The notes under the pieces are model-generated. The model was not told where the DNA came from. It did not search any database and saw only the letters and a program-made list of their open reading frames with translations. Below are positions 62,101 through 63,859 of a stretch of DNA of 63,859 bases, one piece after another. Positions within the stretch are counted from its first letter, which is position 1. The number at the start of each line of letters is the position of its first letter. The DNA comes from Vitrella brassicaformis CCMP3155 (Eukaryota; Protista; Chromerida). Position numbers and translations under genes: made by a program. The stretch covers positions 1 to 63,859 of the forward strand of contig CDMY01000260.1 in NCBI GenBank assembly GCA_001179505.1. Direction: 5' to 3'.

Positions 62101-63302
62101 TGTTGCGTCCAATGAATCCGTCTGCTTCTCGCAACGCAGCTGACTCGTCAACCACTTGACTCTGCAGGCAGCAGGGGAAAAGACACATGGAAGAACTACG
62201 CGAATTGTCGTACGTCACGTGTTGTTTCGTTTCCTACCTGCTGGTCGCTGACGCTGTCGCCTTTTCGTGGCGGTACTGGGGGAGACTCGGTGTTACCGTC
62301 AGTGCTTGCCGCAGCGACAGGTGGCTCCGAAGACGGCAAAGGACCCTGAGAGGGTAAACATGAATCGTCGAAAGGCGAATCTCTCACTGCGGGCGCTCTG
62401 TCTGTCTACCTGCATATCATTGGTAGTGTCAGCAAGGGATGATGCAGGTGAGGCAGACGGCCCGGGAGGATTCTGAAGAGAGAGGGGCACGCAGACAATG
62501 AGGGATCGATGAACCCTGGACCTGTGGGACTGACTCGCCGTCTTCCCACCTGCTGGCATCGCTTCCTGAAGGCTTTGACCCATGACTTGGTCCCCTTGAA
62601 GCCAATGATGTCCAGCCGACTGGCGATCTCCATCGCCATGGCACGGATGTCCTCTGTAGGGACACTTGTTGGGTTGTCATGGGTGGCCATCCACTGCCGC
62701 ATCTCGTTCTCGATCTGCTGGTACTTGGGCGGTGTATGGCGTTTCTTGGTCGGGTCGATGAATGGCATGCCGCCCTCCCTCTGCTTCTCTTCCTGCCGCT
62801 TGGCGCCTCTGAGCCAGTTTGCGAAAAGGTAGGGCGGCAAGCGCTTCTCTCTTGCGAAGTCGTCTGCTGTGATCTTCTCTCCGCTCTGCTTGCGCTGGTT
62901 GAATTGTTCCACCAAGCGCAGCCGCTCTTCGATAGAGACCTCCTCTTTCCTCCGACGCATCACCTGCAGACACACAAGTGTAAGGCTTAGCCTGTTGGTT
63001 CTCAGAGCAACTGGTGTGTCGAATTGCCAGGGTTATCTGTGAGGATCGTTGACTCGTTGGTCGTGTAGACGACGGGGTTGGAGGGAGGGACCCTGCACGC
63101 CTTGCTGCACCCTGTTTGTTCGTTTGCATCTCTTTCTGCAAACGAAAATTGCCCAGTTTGACATTGCCAAATGCCGTGTGGGAAGCCTGCTGCCTTAGAG
63201 CACCTGAACGATGGCGATCAAGTGGTCAATCACACGAGAGCTGTCATCGCCGCGTTGGGGACTCCGAGGCGCGGACGCAGCTTCAGGATGCGAGCTTGAC
63301 AT
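59130..63302 (-). CDS. CENP-B/pogo-type HTH DNA-binding domain - linker - two TLDc-like domains - helical tail (partner of ART3); apparent 1-nt frameshift near 60085
   Basis: VMRRRKEEVSIEERLRLVEQF...ANWLR...KRHTPPKYQQIENEMRQWM...EDIRAMAMEIASRLDIIGFKGTKSWVKAFRKR (psq-like + Tc5 HTH pattern), spliced in phase through six small exons to FTLLYR|ASANG...LRCVGNASPLV and KLLYR|ASRDG...LRCVGGAS. Confidence 0.7.
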
Positions 63303-63598
63303 TGAATCAGAGGGGATTGAACTCAATCGAAAGAGCAGATAGCGATGCTGTAGCGGCCGCTGGCACAAGACGCTTCCACGAATCGCCCTTTCCAGCGTTT
63401 TCCGGGCCAGCTTTTCATTGGTGTTGCGGTGGCGGGACCTCGAATTACGGCCGCGACTGGACCCGCAATTACGACCACATGTCCAGTACGTCCAGCGCGT
63501 CGCGCTCTTCCGAAGCACTGAGGATCTCGGTTGGCATTCTTGCTTCCTCGTTGTTGTGTCCGTCCCTCATCGCTCTTTTCGTCTTGCACAATTGAAAG

Positions 63599-63799
63599 AT
63601 GGCGCCCATATGCTTCCGTGGCGGCCGAGGTGGTGGATCCGGCAGAGGTGGTGGCCGCGAGCAGCGTGGCCGTCAGTGCTTCGTCTGCGGGAGCGTCATG
63701 AACCAGCTGCGAAATGGCCGTCGTCGCTGCCCATACCACGACCAACACTTCGCAACGGTCTATCATCAAACACATCCCATCTACTGGACCAGCATCCAT
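63599..63799 (+). CDS. ART3, first exon only (gene continues beyond the window)
   Basis: MAPICFRGGRGGGSGRGGG...QCFVCGSVMNQLRNGRRRCPYHDQHFATVYHQTHPIYWTSIH| followed by a GT donor at the same position as in ART1/ART2. Confidence 0.8.
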
Positions 63800-63859
63800 G
63801 TGGGTGATGGGTGGGTGAGGCGGGAAAGGCGAGGACGGAGGGGGGGAGGGAGGGAGGGG

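Noticed and set aside
62400-63300. Autonomous pogo/Tc1-mariner transposon
   Set aside because: Only the HTH part is present; no DDE catalytic domain, TIRs or TA duplication recognised.

Overview
Eukaryotic, GC-rich, very intron-dense genomic scaffold with short GT-AG introns full of (CA)n/(GT)n/(GGAT)n microsatellites and two 300-N gaps. The style and gene families (expanded TLDc-like genes, a lineage-type ankyrin protein) suggest the chromerid alveolate Vitrella brassicaformis or a relative; this is an inference. I rebuilt about 20 spliced gene models by hand from splice sites and reading-frame phase. Most long six-frame ORFs are antisense shadows or intron read-through. Recognisable genes: FNR-like flavoprotein, bromo+chromodomain protein, J-domain protein, transcriptional-type CDK, CCDC43, RPA1-like, ankyrin-family protein, GAPDH-N-like protein. 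Three things stand out. (1) A modular family present three times: a small PARP-like ADP-ribosyltransferase (ART) gene with an RGG/Zn-finger N-terminus sits head-to-head with a partner built from swappable modules (unknown domain X, or a CENP-B/pogo HTH, with or without tandem TLDc). (2) A Wss1/WLM metalloprotease rebuilt as a type-I membrane protein with cytoplasmic UIMs. (3) Recent direct (~0.57 kb) and inverted (~3.6 kb) segmental duplications. No rRNA, tRNA, CRISPR array or intact transposase was recognised. Gene ends and some exon joins are manual predictions without transcript support.
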